Shown here piece after piece: positions 1 to 9,763 of a DNA stretch of 64,000 nt. This DNA is from Myxococcota bacterium (GTDB lineage: Bacteria; Myxococcota_A; SURF-8). Below the pieces are notes generated by a model. That model was given only the letters and a program-made list of their open reading frames with translations. It ran no database searches and was not told the DNA's origin. The stretch spans positions 2,080,001-2,144,000 of the forward strand of contig CAXXQS010000001.1 in NCBI GenBank assembly GCA_963674735.2, given 5' to 3'. The position numbers and the translations under genes are program-made. How positions within the stretch are numbered: position 1 is the stretch's first letter; each line of letters opens with the position of its first letter.

Positions 1-1465
1 ATTCCAGGGTTGCAAAGGCGTCCAGAAATGCCAGCCCCACCAAGGCCGCGTACAACCAATGCGTCGTTTTCACCGGCTTTTTAAAGGACACCCAGGCGAA
101 AGCGACGGTCAGCCCCCCCAACACAAGCAACAATTGCAAACGTGCGCCGAAGGTGAAACGCAGCTCGGGAGCCTGATAGCGGTCAAAACAAACGGCCATG
201 GCCCCGATTCCCGCCGCCAGAAACAGGCCGGACAGAATCGGAAAACGCCTTTCCAAGCGCCTGGACTGAACACCGCGATTCAACTCCTTGAGCCCCCACA
301 GGGCCAGCACCGAAACGCAGATAAAATAGAAACTTTGAAACAACACGGGATTGCGCCAATAGCGGGTCGCCGCCACAGCGTCGTACAACCAACCCCGTAG
401 CGGCAAGGTGGTTCCGAGTGACAAGGCCGTAAACAGTGCCAGCATGCCCAGCACCCACCAGGAACGCCATGCTCGTTTACGACACACCGCCACCAGCGCC
501 AGAATCGGAATCAGTCCGCCCGCGTATTGAATGGCGAAAGACCAGTCGAGTCCTTTCCATATACCGGGGTTGTAAAAAGGTAACATCCCGAAAACCGGGT
601 TGAGAATTGTTACAAATGCACCCGGCACCATCGTGTTCGAACCGATCACCCAGTCCCGCGCCAACGGCTCACCCCGGTCGGAAAAGCCTTGCGTCTCGTA
701 GATCAACCCCAAGACTCCCGGTGCAAAGACGATCGCACACACGATTCCGGCGAGTGCAGTGGCAAGCACGGCATGCCACCATACGTCTTTTTCAAAGCCT
801 TTCGACACGGCATAGCCCAACGCCCAAAGCGCTAAAAACACCCCTCCCAGCATGGTGAGGATGGGATAACCGCCCAGCCCGCTCATGCCAAGCAAGGCTC
901 CGGCCTGCGTGACGGGCAGCCACGAACGTTTTTGCAATCCGACATCGAAGCGCCATAAAACCCAGGGGAAAACGCTCATCGTGTAGAGCAGCGGCGTATG
1001 CTGGGCTTGCCCGATGTACATCCCCGAAAACGCATATCCAAGCGCAACGGCCAAACTCCCCCAGGGGCCCGCCTGCCAGTGCCGCCCCAACAGGAGCACG
1101 CCCAAAGCCCCGGCCCCCCAGAACAGCAGCCAGATCAAACGGAAGCCGCCCTCGACACCCCCGACCAGCAATCCGACGGCGAGATGCAGCGGCGAAAAGG
1201 CTCCCGCCTGCGGATCGAAGCCGGTGGGTTCGCCCCCATGCATGTACAGATTCCAGGTCATCAAGCGACCCGCGCGAGCGTGGTCGGCGATGAGCGTGTA
1301 GTAAGGAATGAACTCCTGGTCGGCATCGAGAATGGCGGAGTAGTCGCCGCTCAACAGACGATGATTGAGAAGCAGAAACAGCATCACAAGCAGAAACGCG
1401 GCCACCCACCACAGGCGGGGGGTGTCGGAATCGGTGCCGGAATGAGGACGTTCGAAATCAGCCAT
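1..1465 (-). CDS. YfhO-like multi-pass membrane protein (GT-C fold glycosyltransferase-like), 3' end outside the window
   Basis: Not in the ORF track because it has no stop in the window. Hand translation from ATG 1465: MADFERPHSGTDSDTPRLWWVAAFLLVML...EFIPYY...LMTWNLYMHGGEPTGFDPQAGAFSPLHL. The WNxxxxxGxP...PQ...P pattern and many hydrophobic helices fit YfhO-like proteins. The frame was checked as open near positions 2-90 and 360-400. Confidence 0.7.
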   Translation of the reverse strand, partial: MADFERPHSGTDSDTPRLWWVAAFLLVMLFLLLNHRLLSGDYSAILDADQEFIPYYTLIADHARAGRLMTWNLYMHGGEPTGFDPQAGAFSPLHLAVGLLVGGVEGGFRLIWLLFWGAGALGVLLLGRHWQAGPWGSLAVALGYAFSGMYIGQAQHTPLLYTMSVFPWVLWRFDVGLQKRSWLPVTQAGALLGMSGLGGYPILTMLGGVFLALWALGYAVSKGFEKDVWWHAVLATALAGIVCAIVFAPGVLGLIYETQGFSDRGEPLARDWVIGSNTMVPGAFVTILNPVFGMLPFYNPGIWKGLDWSFAIQYAGGLIPILALVAVCRKRAWRSWWVLGMLALFTALSLGTTLPLRGWLYDAVAATRYWRNPVLFQSFYFICVSVLALWGLKELNRGVQSRRLERRFPILSGLFLAAGIGAMAVCFDRYQAPELRFTFGARLQLLLVLGGLTVAFAWVSFKKPVKTTHWLYAALVGLAFLDAFATLE

Positions 1466-1619
1466 GAATCGTATTATGCCCCGGTTGCGGATCGACAACA
1501 TGAAAAACGCCTGCCGGCGTTGCCCGACTATACACCATCCGGGGCGTCTGTGAAAATCGTCATTGCGCTTTTGCTTCGCGATTTTCCGCATTGATGTCGC
1601 GATGAGCCGAGAGCCTCGC

Positions 1620-2099
1620 TTAGTCTTTCACTCGCATCGAGAGGGTCAGATCGAAGGTGGCGATCGGCGCACCGGCTCCATCGGCGGCGGTGGTTGCAAC
1701 CACCCGCACACCTTGTTCGACACGCTGCCCGCTTTCCTCCGCCCGTCGGATCAAATCCATGATCGCGGCTCCCTGCAAGCAGGTAAACGTGACGTCGTCT
1801 TTGGCCTGACGCAGAAAACGCGCCTGAAAGTCTTTGAACACCAACGACACCCGGCGCTTGCTCAGTTGCACCTGGCGCATGGCAATCAGACCACCCGCCA
1901 GATCCGCCCCGATGCACAGGACGCCGAAATACATCACGCGCAGATGATTGCGCGAACGATGTCCCAGTGGAATGCGCACGACACACCGTTCGGTGGTCAA
2001 GGTTTCGATAACCGGCCGTAAAAAGAAGATAATCGGAATGCGCCAGAAGGTGAACCCGCGCAAAATCATATTCAGCTTCAACCGGTTCAGCGTATCGAT
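1620..2099 (-). CDS. DUF4442 / PaaI-like hot-dog thioesterase-fold protein
   Basis: RNHLRVMYFGVLCIGADLAGG and VFKDFQARFLRQAKDDV motifs. The ORF track starts at TTG 2081; a GGAGG RBS points instead to an in-frame ATC at 2099. Confidence 0.75.
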   Translation of the reverse strand: MDTLNRLKLNMILRGFTFWRIPIIFFLRPVIETLTTERCVVRIPLGHRSRNHLRVMYFGVLCIGADLAGGLIAMRQVQLSKRRVSLVFKDFQARFLRQAKDDVTFTCLQGAAIMDLIRRAEESGQRVEQGVRVVATTAADGAGAPIATFDLTLSMRVKD

Positions 2100-2155
2100 C
2101 GCCTTATCCTCCGGTTTGGGGTTCCTCGCTCCGAACGACCCCGACCAACCGTTGC

Positions 2156-3130
2156 TCAGCCACCGGCCAGCTTCGACATGCGTTGGTGTATGGCCTCGGC
2201 CTCGCCCATCATTTCAGCCACGATGTCTTTGGCAGGCATAATTTTCTTCATGAGTCCCACGGACTGCGAAACGGAGACAGTCCCGGCATCGAGGTCGCCG
2301 GTTTCATACATCTTGCGTGCCGCCTCGCCTGAAACGTAAGGCAGGATGTCTTCCAGTCCGCCGCCCTTGTTTTCGATTTCGATGGTTTTCTTCGCCGGTT
2401 CGTTCAACCACACGCGATGCGCGAAACCGATGGGGCGCATGATGATATCGGTATCGAGTTCGCTTGCTTCGATCATAGCTTGTTTCAGCTTGGGATGGAT
2501 CGGACACTCCTCCGACAGCATGAAGCGCGAACCCACGATCCCGGCCTCGGCCCCGAGCGACATCACGGCATACAAGCCCCGCCCGTCGGCGATACCGCCA
2601 CCGCCGACCACCGGCACATCTACGGCATCCACCACCGACGGAACCAGCACCAGGGTGGTGACGTTCAGGTTTCCGGTCGCACCGCCATTTTCATACCCGA
2701 CCAGCGTTACGGCATCCGCACCCATCTTGGCCGCTTTCTTCGCATAGCGCACACCCACACACTTGTGCATCCAGGTCATCCCGTAGTCTTTGAACATCTG
2801 CGCCAGCTCTTCGGGAATACCGAAACCGGAAGTCTCGACGATCCGCACGCCTTCAATGGCCAAAACATCGAGAAACGCCCCGTTATCCGGCGGCATCAGC
2901 ATCGGGAACAAATTGATGTTCACCGCGAAGGGCTTGTCGGTGAGGTCTTTGGTCTTCTTGATTTCGTCGCGAAAAACGTCGGTATCCTTGAAAATGGCCG
3001 ACGCGATGATCCCCAACGCTCCGGCATTGGAAATGGCGGCAACGAACGGGGCCTTGGACAAATCCATCATGGTCCCGCCGATAATGGGATACTCAATACC
3101 CAGCATCTCGGTTATGCGTGTTTTAAAAAT
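2156..3130 (-). CDS. Nitronate monooxygenase / FabK-like flavin oxidoreductase
   Basis: KTRITEMLGIEYPII, AAISNAGALG, PVVGGGGIADGRG, GSRF motifs. The ORF track ATG is at 3106; the RBS and the family N-terminus favour ATT at 3130. Confidence 0.85.
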   Translation of the reverse strand: MFKTRITEMLGIEYPIIGGTMMDLSKAPFVAAISNAGALGIIASAIFKDTDVFRDEIKKTKDLTDKPFAVNINLFPMLMPPDNGAFLDVLAIEGVRIVETSGFGIPEELAQMFKDYGMTWMHKCVGVRYAKKAAKMGADAVTLVGYENGGATGNLNVTTLVLVPSVVDAVDVPVVGGGGIADGRGLYAVMSLGAEAGIVGSRFMLSEECPIHPKLKQAMIEASELDTDIIMRPIGFAHRVWLNEPAKKTIEIENKGGGLEDILPYVSGEAARKMYETGDLDAGTVSVSQSVGLMKKIMPAKDIVAEMMGEAEAIHQRMSKLAGG

Positions 3131-3143
3131 GGCGGTCTCTCCT

Positions 3144-4838
3144 TCAGCGTAGGGCTTTTTTGTCTACCTTGCCGACGGCCGTCAGGGGAAGGTCATCGAC
3201 AAACTCCACGATTTTCGGCACTTTGTAGGGGGCCATATTCTCTCGGCAGAATGCCACGATCTCCGCCTTCAACGTATCGGTATCCCATTCTTTATACTCC
3301 GAAACAAGCTGCACGACAAGCTTTACCAATTCGCTGCCGGGCCGTTCGGGATTGGGAAGCCCGACAATCGCACACAGTTCGATGGCCGGATGCTGGTACA
3401 GCGTTTCCTCCACCTCGCGCGAAAAAACCTTGTAGCCCCCGACAATCAGCATGTCCTTGGCACGATCGACGATAAAAAGGAAGCCGTCGTCGTCCATACG
3501 CGCCACATCGCCCGTGTAAAGCCAGCGTTCACCTTCGAACTCGCGCAGGGTGTTGTTCGTTTCATCGGGTTTGTTGTGATAACCGCGCATCACGTTGGGT
3601 CCGCGTGCGATGATTTCCCCTTCCTCACCGATGGGAACCTCGCTCTGCCCGGTCTCCAGGTCCACCAGTTTGACTCGCATGCCCTGAATAGGAAGACCCA
3701 CTGAGCCGATTTTCTTCCGCCCTTTCACGGGATTGATACTCATAAAGGGGCTGGTCTCCGTCATTCCGTAAACCTCAACAACTTTGCCTTTACCGACGAT
3801 TTGTTCCAGAGCCTGGATGGATTCGACGGCGAAGGGAGCCGCCCCCGATCCGCATATTTTAAGCGTCGAAAAGTCGAGCGTTTTAAATTCGGGGGTCATC
3901 AGCAGCATTTGGTAAAGCGAGGGGACATTTCCCAAGCCGGTCGGCCGGTAGCGGGCGATTTCCCGGCAGATGTGTTTCGTGTCGCGGGGATTGGGAATCA
4001 GGATCTGCGTCGCCCCGATCACCACCGCCGCCATTCCCAGCGACAACCCGGCTAGGTGAAAGAACGGAAAGGCGAAGCAGAAGATTTCGTTGCCGCGCTC
4101 GAAATGCAACCATTCATCCGCCTGTTTGATATTGGCCACGATATTGCGATGCGTGATTTCCGCGCCTTTTGGCAAGCCGGTGGTGCCACCGGTATATTGA
4201 ATCAGCGACAAGTCCTCGGGGGTCAGCGCGACCGCCTCGAAACTCGGCGCATGGGTCTTCATCACGTCACGGAAGGTTTGGACGGATTTCCCCGCTACCG
4301 GGCAGATTTTCCCTGTCGGCACTTTTTTCAGCCACGTTCCCAATATCCGTTTATAGCTGGGCAGATCGTCCAGAATCCCCGCCGCCACGACGTGGGATAA
4401 GGCGGGAACTTTGTCCTGGATGCTTAAAAAGCGTCCCGCGAAGATGGCATCCAGCGTGACCAACACCTTGGCACCCGAATCGTTGAGTTGGTGCTCCATC
4501 TCTTTGGGCGTCAACAACGGAGACAATCCGGTGGACACGCAACCGGCTCGTAACGCTCCGACATGCGCAATCAGATACTGGGGAATGTTCGGCAGATTGA
4601 CGCCGACCACATCGCCCTTACGACATCCGGCCGCCTGAAGAAAATGGGCGAAGCGTCGTGTAGCCTCGTCGAATTGTCGAAAGCTCCGGGTCACACCGAG
4701 AAAATGATACGCCGCCCGATCGGCGAATGTGACCAAGCTTTCTTCCAACCAGTCAACATAGGTCCGGTCGGACGGAGCGATTTCGGCATGCACCCATTCG
4801 TCGTAGGATTTCAGCCACGGTCGGTCATCGTAACGCAT
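3144..4838 (-). CDS. fadD: Long-chain fatty acid-CoA ligase (AMP-binding)
   Basis: QYTGGTTGLPKG, YGMTETSP, YTGD and TAVGKVDKKALR motifs; GGGAGG RBS before ATG 4838 (MRYDDRPW). Confidence 0.9.
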   Translation of the reverse strand: MRYDDRPWLKSYDEWVHAEIAPSDRTYVDWLEESLVTFADRAAYHFLGVTRSFRQFDEATRRFAHFLQAAGCRKGDVVGVNLPNIPQYLIAHVGALRAGCVSTGLSPLLTPKEMEHQLNDSGAKVLVTLDAIFAGRFLSIQDKVPALSHVVAAGILDDLPSYKRILGTWLKKVPTGKICPVAGKSVQTFRDVMKTHAPSFEAVALTPEDLSLIQYTGGTTGLPKGAEITHRNIVANIKQADEWLHFERGNEIFCFAFPFFHLAGLSLGMAAVVIGATQILIPNPRDTKHICREIARYRPTGLGNVPSLYQMLLMTPEFKTLDFSTLKICGSGAAPFAVESIQALEQIVGKGKVVEVYGMTETSPFMSINPVKGRKKIGSVGLPIQGMRVKLVDLETGQSEVPIGEEGEIIARGPNVMRGYHNKPDETNNTLREFEGERWLYTGDVARMDDDGFLFIVDRAKDMLIVGGYKVFSREVEETLYQHPAIELCAIVGLPNPERPGSELVKLVVQLVSEYKEWDTDTLKAEIVAFCRENMAPYKVPKIVEFVDDLPLTAVGKVDKKALR

Positions 4839-4971
4839 CGGGCCCCTCCCCTTTCGTCGAGTCGTGTTCAAACCAATATCGAACAACACCGAACGTCCGG
4901 TCCGTGAGTCCTCAGCAAATACAGAGCAGCAAAACGAATCACCGGCGATTTGGATGGAAGCGGCGTGGACG

Positions 4972-6114
4972 CTAAAGACCCATAGTCTTCGCCGCAATGG
5001 TTTTCATGATCTCGTTGGTTCCCGCAAAAATCGAGAGCACCCGGATATCGCGCCAGGCACGAGCGATGGGATACTCCTCGCAATAACCATAGCCCCCGTG
5101 CAATTGCACGCACTGATCGGCCACACGCCGGGCCATTTCCGTGGTCCAGCACTTCGCCATTGAAACATCCGTCACGATGTTGCGGTGTTCCATGTGGTCG
5201 ACAATCAATTTATCCAGAAAGGTTCGCCCCAGTCTGACTTCGGTCGACATCTCCACGATTTTGAATTGGGTGTTCTGGAATTTCGAGAGGGGTTTGCCGA
5301 AAGCGCGCCGTTCCTTGCAATAGGCGATGGTCAGCTCCAGCATGAATTCCGCCGCCGCCACAGCCGCGATGGAACACATCAGGCGTTCCTGTTGCAGATT
5401 CTGCATCAACATGAGAAAGCCGCCGCCTTTGACGCCCAGCCGGTTTTCCAGCGGCACGCGGCAATCGTTGAAAAACAGCTCGGCGGTATCCTGGCTATGC
5501 CAACCGACTTTCTTGAGGCGCTGGCCTTTCTCGAATCCCGGCGTGTTCGCTTCCACCACGAAAAGGTCGATGGCCTGGTAGGGATCTTCCACTTTCGGAT
5601 CGCGGGCCGCCAGCACCAGCAGGTCGCAGTTGATGCCGTTGCTGATAAACGTCTTCGCACCGTTGATCACGACGCTATCGCCATCTTCCTCAGCCCGCGT
5701 TTTGATGGCCGACAGATCGCTGCCGGTATTGGGCTCGGTCATGGCAATGGCGCTGATGCAGGTACCCGACACGCAGCCCGGCAGGTACTTTCGCTTGATG
5801 GCCTCGGAACCGAAAGCGGTGATATACGGAACCACCACATCGCTGTGCAGCGGCGCGGCAAGACCGGAATGATTGGTGCGCGTCAATTCTTCCGTCAGGA
5901 TAACGGAATACAGAAAGTCCGCGCCCAGCCCTCCGTACTCCTCCGGAACATCCATGCACAAAAAGCCCTGTTCACCCATTTTGCGCCACATCTCACGAGG
6001 CACGATCCCGGCTTCCTCCCATTCCTCTACATGTGGAATCACTTCCTTTTCGAAGAACCTGCGCAGAGCATCGCGAAAAATCCGGTGTTCCTCGGAGTAA
6101 TGGATAATCTCCAT
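4972..6114 (-). CDS. Acyl-CoA dehydrogenase
   Basis: IAMTEPNTGSD, GAKTFISNG, QLHGGYGY and IFAGTNEIM motifs; GGAGG RBS before ATG 6114 (MEIIHYSEEH). Confidence 0.92.
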   Translation of the reverse strand: MEIIHYSEEHRIFRDALRRFFEKEVIPHVEEWEEAGIVPREMWRKMGEQGFLCMDVPEEYGGLGADFLYSVILTEELTRTNHSGLAAPLHSDVVVPYITAFGSEAIKRKYLPGCVSGTCISAIAMTEPNTGSDLSAIKTRAEEDGDSVVINGAKTFISNGINCDLLVLAARDPKVEDPYQAIDLFVVEANTPGFEKGQRLKKVGWHSQDTAELFFNDCRVPLENRLGVKGGGFLMLMQNLQQERLMCSIAAVAAAEFMLELTIAYCKERRAFGKPLSKFQNTQFKIVEMSTEVRLGRTFLDKLIVDHMEHRNIVTDVSMAKCWTTEMARRVADQCVQLHGGYGYCEEYPIARAWRDIRVLSIFAGTNEIMKTIAAKTMGL

Positions 6115-6383
6115 GGCATCCTCCAGGCAATCTGTATGTGGAATCGTCAATCGAGACCATAGCACGGGACAAGCATTTAAGGCCAGCCAAATTCCGCGTT
6201 GCATACTATCTTTTATTTTTTGCCGCAATGCGTCGTAACAGTCCGAGATCAGTCGCTATTTTCTTCACATTTTCCTAGGGGACACAAAGACCCTTGTGGT
6301 AATGTGAATGGGCGCATAGCTTGTTACAATAATAGACCAAATCCGTGCTTCAGTTATCTGAGATGCACGACCTGCGAGGTGCC

Positions 6384-8489
6384 ATGATTTATCGGATGCC
6401 ACCCCGAGGCGTCGGCTTTACGCTGCTCGCCGTTTTGTTGTCCTGCTTTCTGTCCGGCTGTTCCGATCTCACGAAATCCCCACCCGAATCCTTTTCTTAC
6501 GAAAGCACGCCGGTCGCCATCACCAACCCCGACTGGAATCTGGTCCCGCTGCCGACCAACCTGATGAACCCGGTTCAGCAGGCGACGATTCCCGTCAGCA
6601 TTCCCGGCGTCGAACCCGCAAGCGAAGCGCCGTGTTGCATGGATCTACGCCTCATCGATGAGGAAGCGGCCGAAATCTCGCGCGAGTTCGGATACCCGGT
6701 CGAAATCGATTCGGCCCTCACGCTCGATTTGAAGCAGGCCATGAACGGCCTCGATGGCTACATTCCCGGCTTCATTCCGGACATTCCGTTTTCGCGTCCA
6801 TTGGATTTAGCCTCGGTGGTTCCCTATGACGGCCAAAACGTGGAGGCGGCCAATTTCTTCCTGTTCGACATTACCGATCCGGATGCGCCACTCGTCATCG
6901 CTCCAGACGAGTATTTCCTCCTTTTCGATATCGAGGCGCGCACGAGCCTGCCTTACCGCCTCACCTTCCGCAAAAAACCGCAATCCAGCCTTATGCCCGA
7001 GCCCTTCGAGCCGGGGCACAGCTACCTGGTCGTCATCAGCGGCGTCAACGAAAAAGGCGTCACCGATACCGACGGCCAGCCCTTCGTCGCCGACACACCG
7101 TTTCTGCTGTTGGCTCACGACACGCCGTTTATCGCCATCGACGGCACTTCGCGTCTGAGCCTCTTCAGCGAGATCGAGTACATCCGCGAAATCGAAATGG
7201 CGCGTCAGGTCACCCATTACGGTCTATCCATATGGGAGCGGGAAGTCGCCGACACACGCACGCGCGGCGAAGTGGTTTCCGCCTTCAATTTCACCATCGC
7301 CACCAATCCGCGCGCCGCCTACCTCAACCCGGAAAACGTCGTGTTGTCGCAAAATCCGCTGCTTCCCGTCAAGGCCATGGGCCTGAAATACAACTGCGAA
7401 GACGAGCTGCTGGCCGTCTGCAACGAAAGCGGCGTGGACTTCACACCCTCTTTCCGGCTCTCCCAAGCCCTCGATCCAAGCACTGTAAACACGGCATCCG
7501 TCGCGCTGTTTCGGGTCACGGAGGAAGACAGCCTCGAACGTGTCGAGGCGGTTGAGGTCGCTGTCGAGCACACGGAGAACGGCGCACGCGTCACGATAAC
7601 GCCAGATGAGCCATTGGCGGAAAACAGCGAATACTGGGTCGCGGCCAGCGATGGATTGGCCGACGAAAACGGCCGTCGAGCGGTTGCGGATGAATATTTC
7701 ACCTTGGCGCGCGGCATCAACAAAGTCCTGTCGGACGGCGAGATGCAATCCCCCTACATCGACAGCCGCGCCGACACGCTGGTGGCACTGGGGAAGGCCG
7801 AGGAACCCAGTTCGGAAGACCTGGAGCAGGCCAATGACGTTCTGCTGCGGATTCTCTCACTGATCGAAACCATGCGCCGCGATCTGCAGACACCGATTTC
7901 GCAAATCGTCGACAGCGGTTTCGTTCAATCGCGCGAGTCGCTCATTCTCGCTTACCGTTTCCGCACGACGGGCTGCCCGGTCGTCGAAGATGATTCGTGT
8001 AAAGTCGATGCCAGCGAGATTGGCGACAAAGACCTGCAGGATGCCGACGTCAGCGGACTTTTCCTGATGAGCACGCGCCTCGAAAATCCCATCGCACCCG
8101 ACAAGCCCGTCGAACTCGACCTGCTCGGTCGTTTGATCCAGGAGGGCATCATCCTCGACGGCGGCGCAACCTTGTTTATCGAGCTCTTGTCCGAAGACAA
8201 CCCCGGCGACATCAGCGCCGTATCGGAAGCCAAAGCCCCCATCGACACCGACGGCTACGTGACCAGCGTCATCCGGGATGTCCCCATCCCCGCCCATTAC
8301 TCCGATCTGCTGGAAGGCGACGCCGTGGCGGATGTTACGCTGATCGGTGAAATTATCAACGAAGATGGGATAATGGGCGATATCGTGGCCGATCTGAAAG
8401 AGGCTCCGATATCCGGACTGGGAAATATCTCCCTCACACTGAGCGGTAGTTTCGTAGCCAAACGCCAGGCGTTGGGAGGTGCCCGATGA
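6384..8489 (+). CDS. Lipoprotein with Pla-1/VolA lipase N-terminal-like and Big_5 Ig-like domains
   Basis: Lipobox LSGC; VPLPTNL...MNGLDGY...IPFSRPLDLASV; second Ig-like unit LDPSTVNTASVALF...VTITPDEPLAENSEY. Overlaps the fadL start (ATGA). Confidence 0.55.
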   Translation: MIYRMPPRGVGFTLLAVLLSCFLSGCSDLTKSPPESFSYESTPVAITNPDWNLVPLPTNLMNPVQQATIPVSIPGVEPASEAPCCMDLRLIDEEAAEISREFGYPVEIDSALTLDLKQAMNGLDGYIPGFIPDIPFSRPLDLASVVPYDGQNVEAANFFLFDITDPDAPLVIAPDEYFLLFDIEARTSLPYRLTFRKKPQSSLMPEPFEPGHSYLVVISGVNEKGVTDTDGQPFVADTPFLLLAHDTPFIAIDGTSRLSLFSEIEYIREIEMARQVTHYGLSIWEREVADTRTRGEVVSAFNFTIATNPRAAYLNPENVVLSQNPLLPVKAMGLKYNCEDELLAVCNESGVDFTPSFRLSQALDPSTVNTASVALFRVTEEDSLERVEAVEVAVEHTENGARVTITPDEPLAENSEYWVAASDGLADENGRRAVADEYFTLARGINKVLSDGEMQSPYIDSRADTLVALGKAEEPSSEDLEQANDVLLRILSLIETMRRDLQTPISQIVDSGFVQSRESLILAYRFRTTGCPVVEDDSCKVDASEIGDKDLQDADVSGLFLMSTRLENPIAPDKPVELDLLGRLIQEGIILDGGATLFIELLSEDNPGDISAVSEAKAPIDTDGYVTSVIRDVPIPAHYSDLLEGDAVADVTLIGEIINEDGIMGDIVADLKEAPISGLGNISLTLSGSFVAKRQALGGAR

Positions 8490-9763
8490 AACGACGGATT
8501 CAAACCAGCCTGTGGACACTGGCGCTTCTCCTGACCGCATCGCTGGCCCTGCCCTCGACCGCTCACGCCGCGTTTCTGCTCATTCAAGAGGTCTCGGCGG
8601 AATCGACCGCCCAAGCCGGTGCGCAAACCGCCGCCGCCGGGCGTCCCTCGACGCAGTACCACAACGCCTCCAATCTTTCTTTCATTCCCGGCCTGCATTT
8701 CGAAGCGGCTTTCGGCGTCTATACCGCCGATACCTCCTTCACCGACACCCAGGGAAACACCACCGAAGTCGAGCTCCAACCCGAATTCGCACCGCATTTC
8801 TACGCCTCCGCCAAGGTACTCGATTGGCTGGCGATCGGCTTTGCCGCTTTCCCGAACTACGGCATTTCCCTGAAATGGCCCGACCAATGGGAAGGCGAAC
8901 ATCTGGTAGTACGCAACTTCGTCGAGTCGTTCACGCTCAATCCGAATCTTTCTTTCGGCCCCTTCGCCGGTTTCGCCATTGCGGTTGGCTTCGATGCCAC
9001 CTGGAGCGCCATCACCCTGAGCCGCGTTCTCACCCTCGGCGCCGCACCTATCGGAGAAGAGGATGTCTCGAACCGCATGGAGATGAAAGGCGATGGCTGG
9101 GGTTTCGGCGGCAACGCCGGTTTGAGCTATCAACCCACCGACTGGGTGCGTCTGGGCTTGGGCTACCGTAGCACCTTCGACCTCACCTTCGACGGCACGA
9201 TGGATTTCGATGTCACGTCCCCCTGGGCCTGGCGTTTTCCCGACCAGGATTTCTCGCTACGCATCGCCACCCCCCATCAAGTCAATTTCGGGGCGCGTTT
9301 CTGGCCGATACCCAATCTGTCGGTGGAACTGGATGCCTGGTACTTCTCCTGGTCGCTCTACACCACGCGCAGCGTCGATCTCAGCGACAAAGGCCTGTAC
9401 CTCGGGCCCGACAAGATCCGCTACGACGACACCACCCCGCAAGATTTACGCGACGGTTTCCAGATTGGCTTGGGAATGGAATATGCCTTCATCGAACATT
9501 TCGTGATGCGCGCCGGAATCGCCTTCGATTCCAACGTCGAGCCGGACAAGGCGGTCGATCCGCTCCAGCCCGACGGTCATCGCATCAAGTTCGCGGCGGG
9601 TTTCGGCACCGAGTGGTATGGATTCTATGCCGATGTGGCGTACAGCTTCGGCTACATCATTCCGCACGATGTGGATAACGGAGCCCCGTTACACGGCCAC
9701 TACGACACCTTCAAGCACGTGGCTGTTCTGTCGATCGGATATACGTTCGATCCATTTCAATGA
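8486..9763 (+). CDS. fadL: OmpP1/FadL outer-membrane long-chain fatty acid transporter
   Basis: Signal peptide, hatch motif (AAFLLIQEVSAESTAQAGA...STQYHNASNL), alternating beta-strands, C-terminal IGYTF. Confidence 0.85.
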   Translation: MKRRIQTSLWTLALLLTASLALPSTAHAAFLLIQEVSAESTAQAGAQTAAAGRPSTQYHNASNLSFIPGLHFEAAFGVYTADTSFTDTQGNTTEVELQPEFAPHFYASAKVLDWLAIGFAAFPNYGISLKWPDQWEGEHLVVRNFVESFTLNPNLSFGPFAGFAIAVGFDATWSAITLSRVLTLGAAPIGEEDVSNRMEMKGDGWGFGGNAGLSYQPTDWVRLGLGYRSTFDLTFDGTMDFDVTSPWAWRFPDQDFSLRIATPHQVNFGARFWPIPNLSVELDAWYFSWSLYTTRSVDLSDKGLYLGPDKIRYDDTTPQDLRDGFQIGLGMEYAFIEHFVMRAGIAFDSNVEPDKAVDPLQPDGHRIKFAAGFGTEWYGFYADVAYSFGYIIPHDVDNGAPLHGHYDTFKHVAVLSIGYTFDPFQ

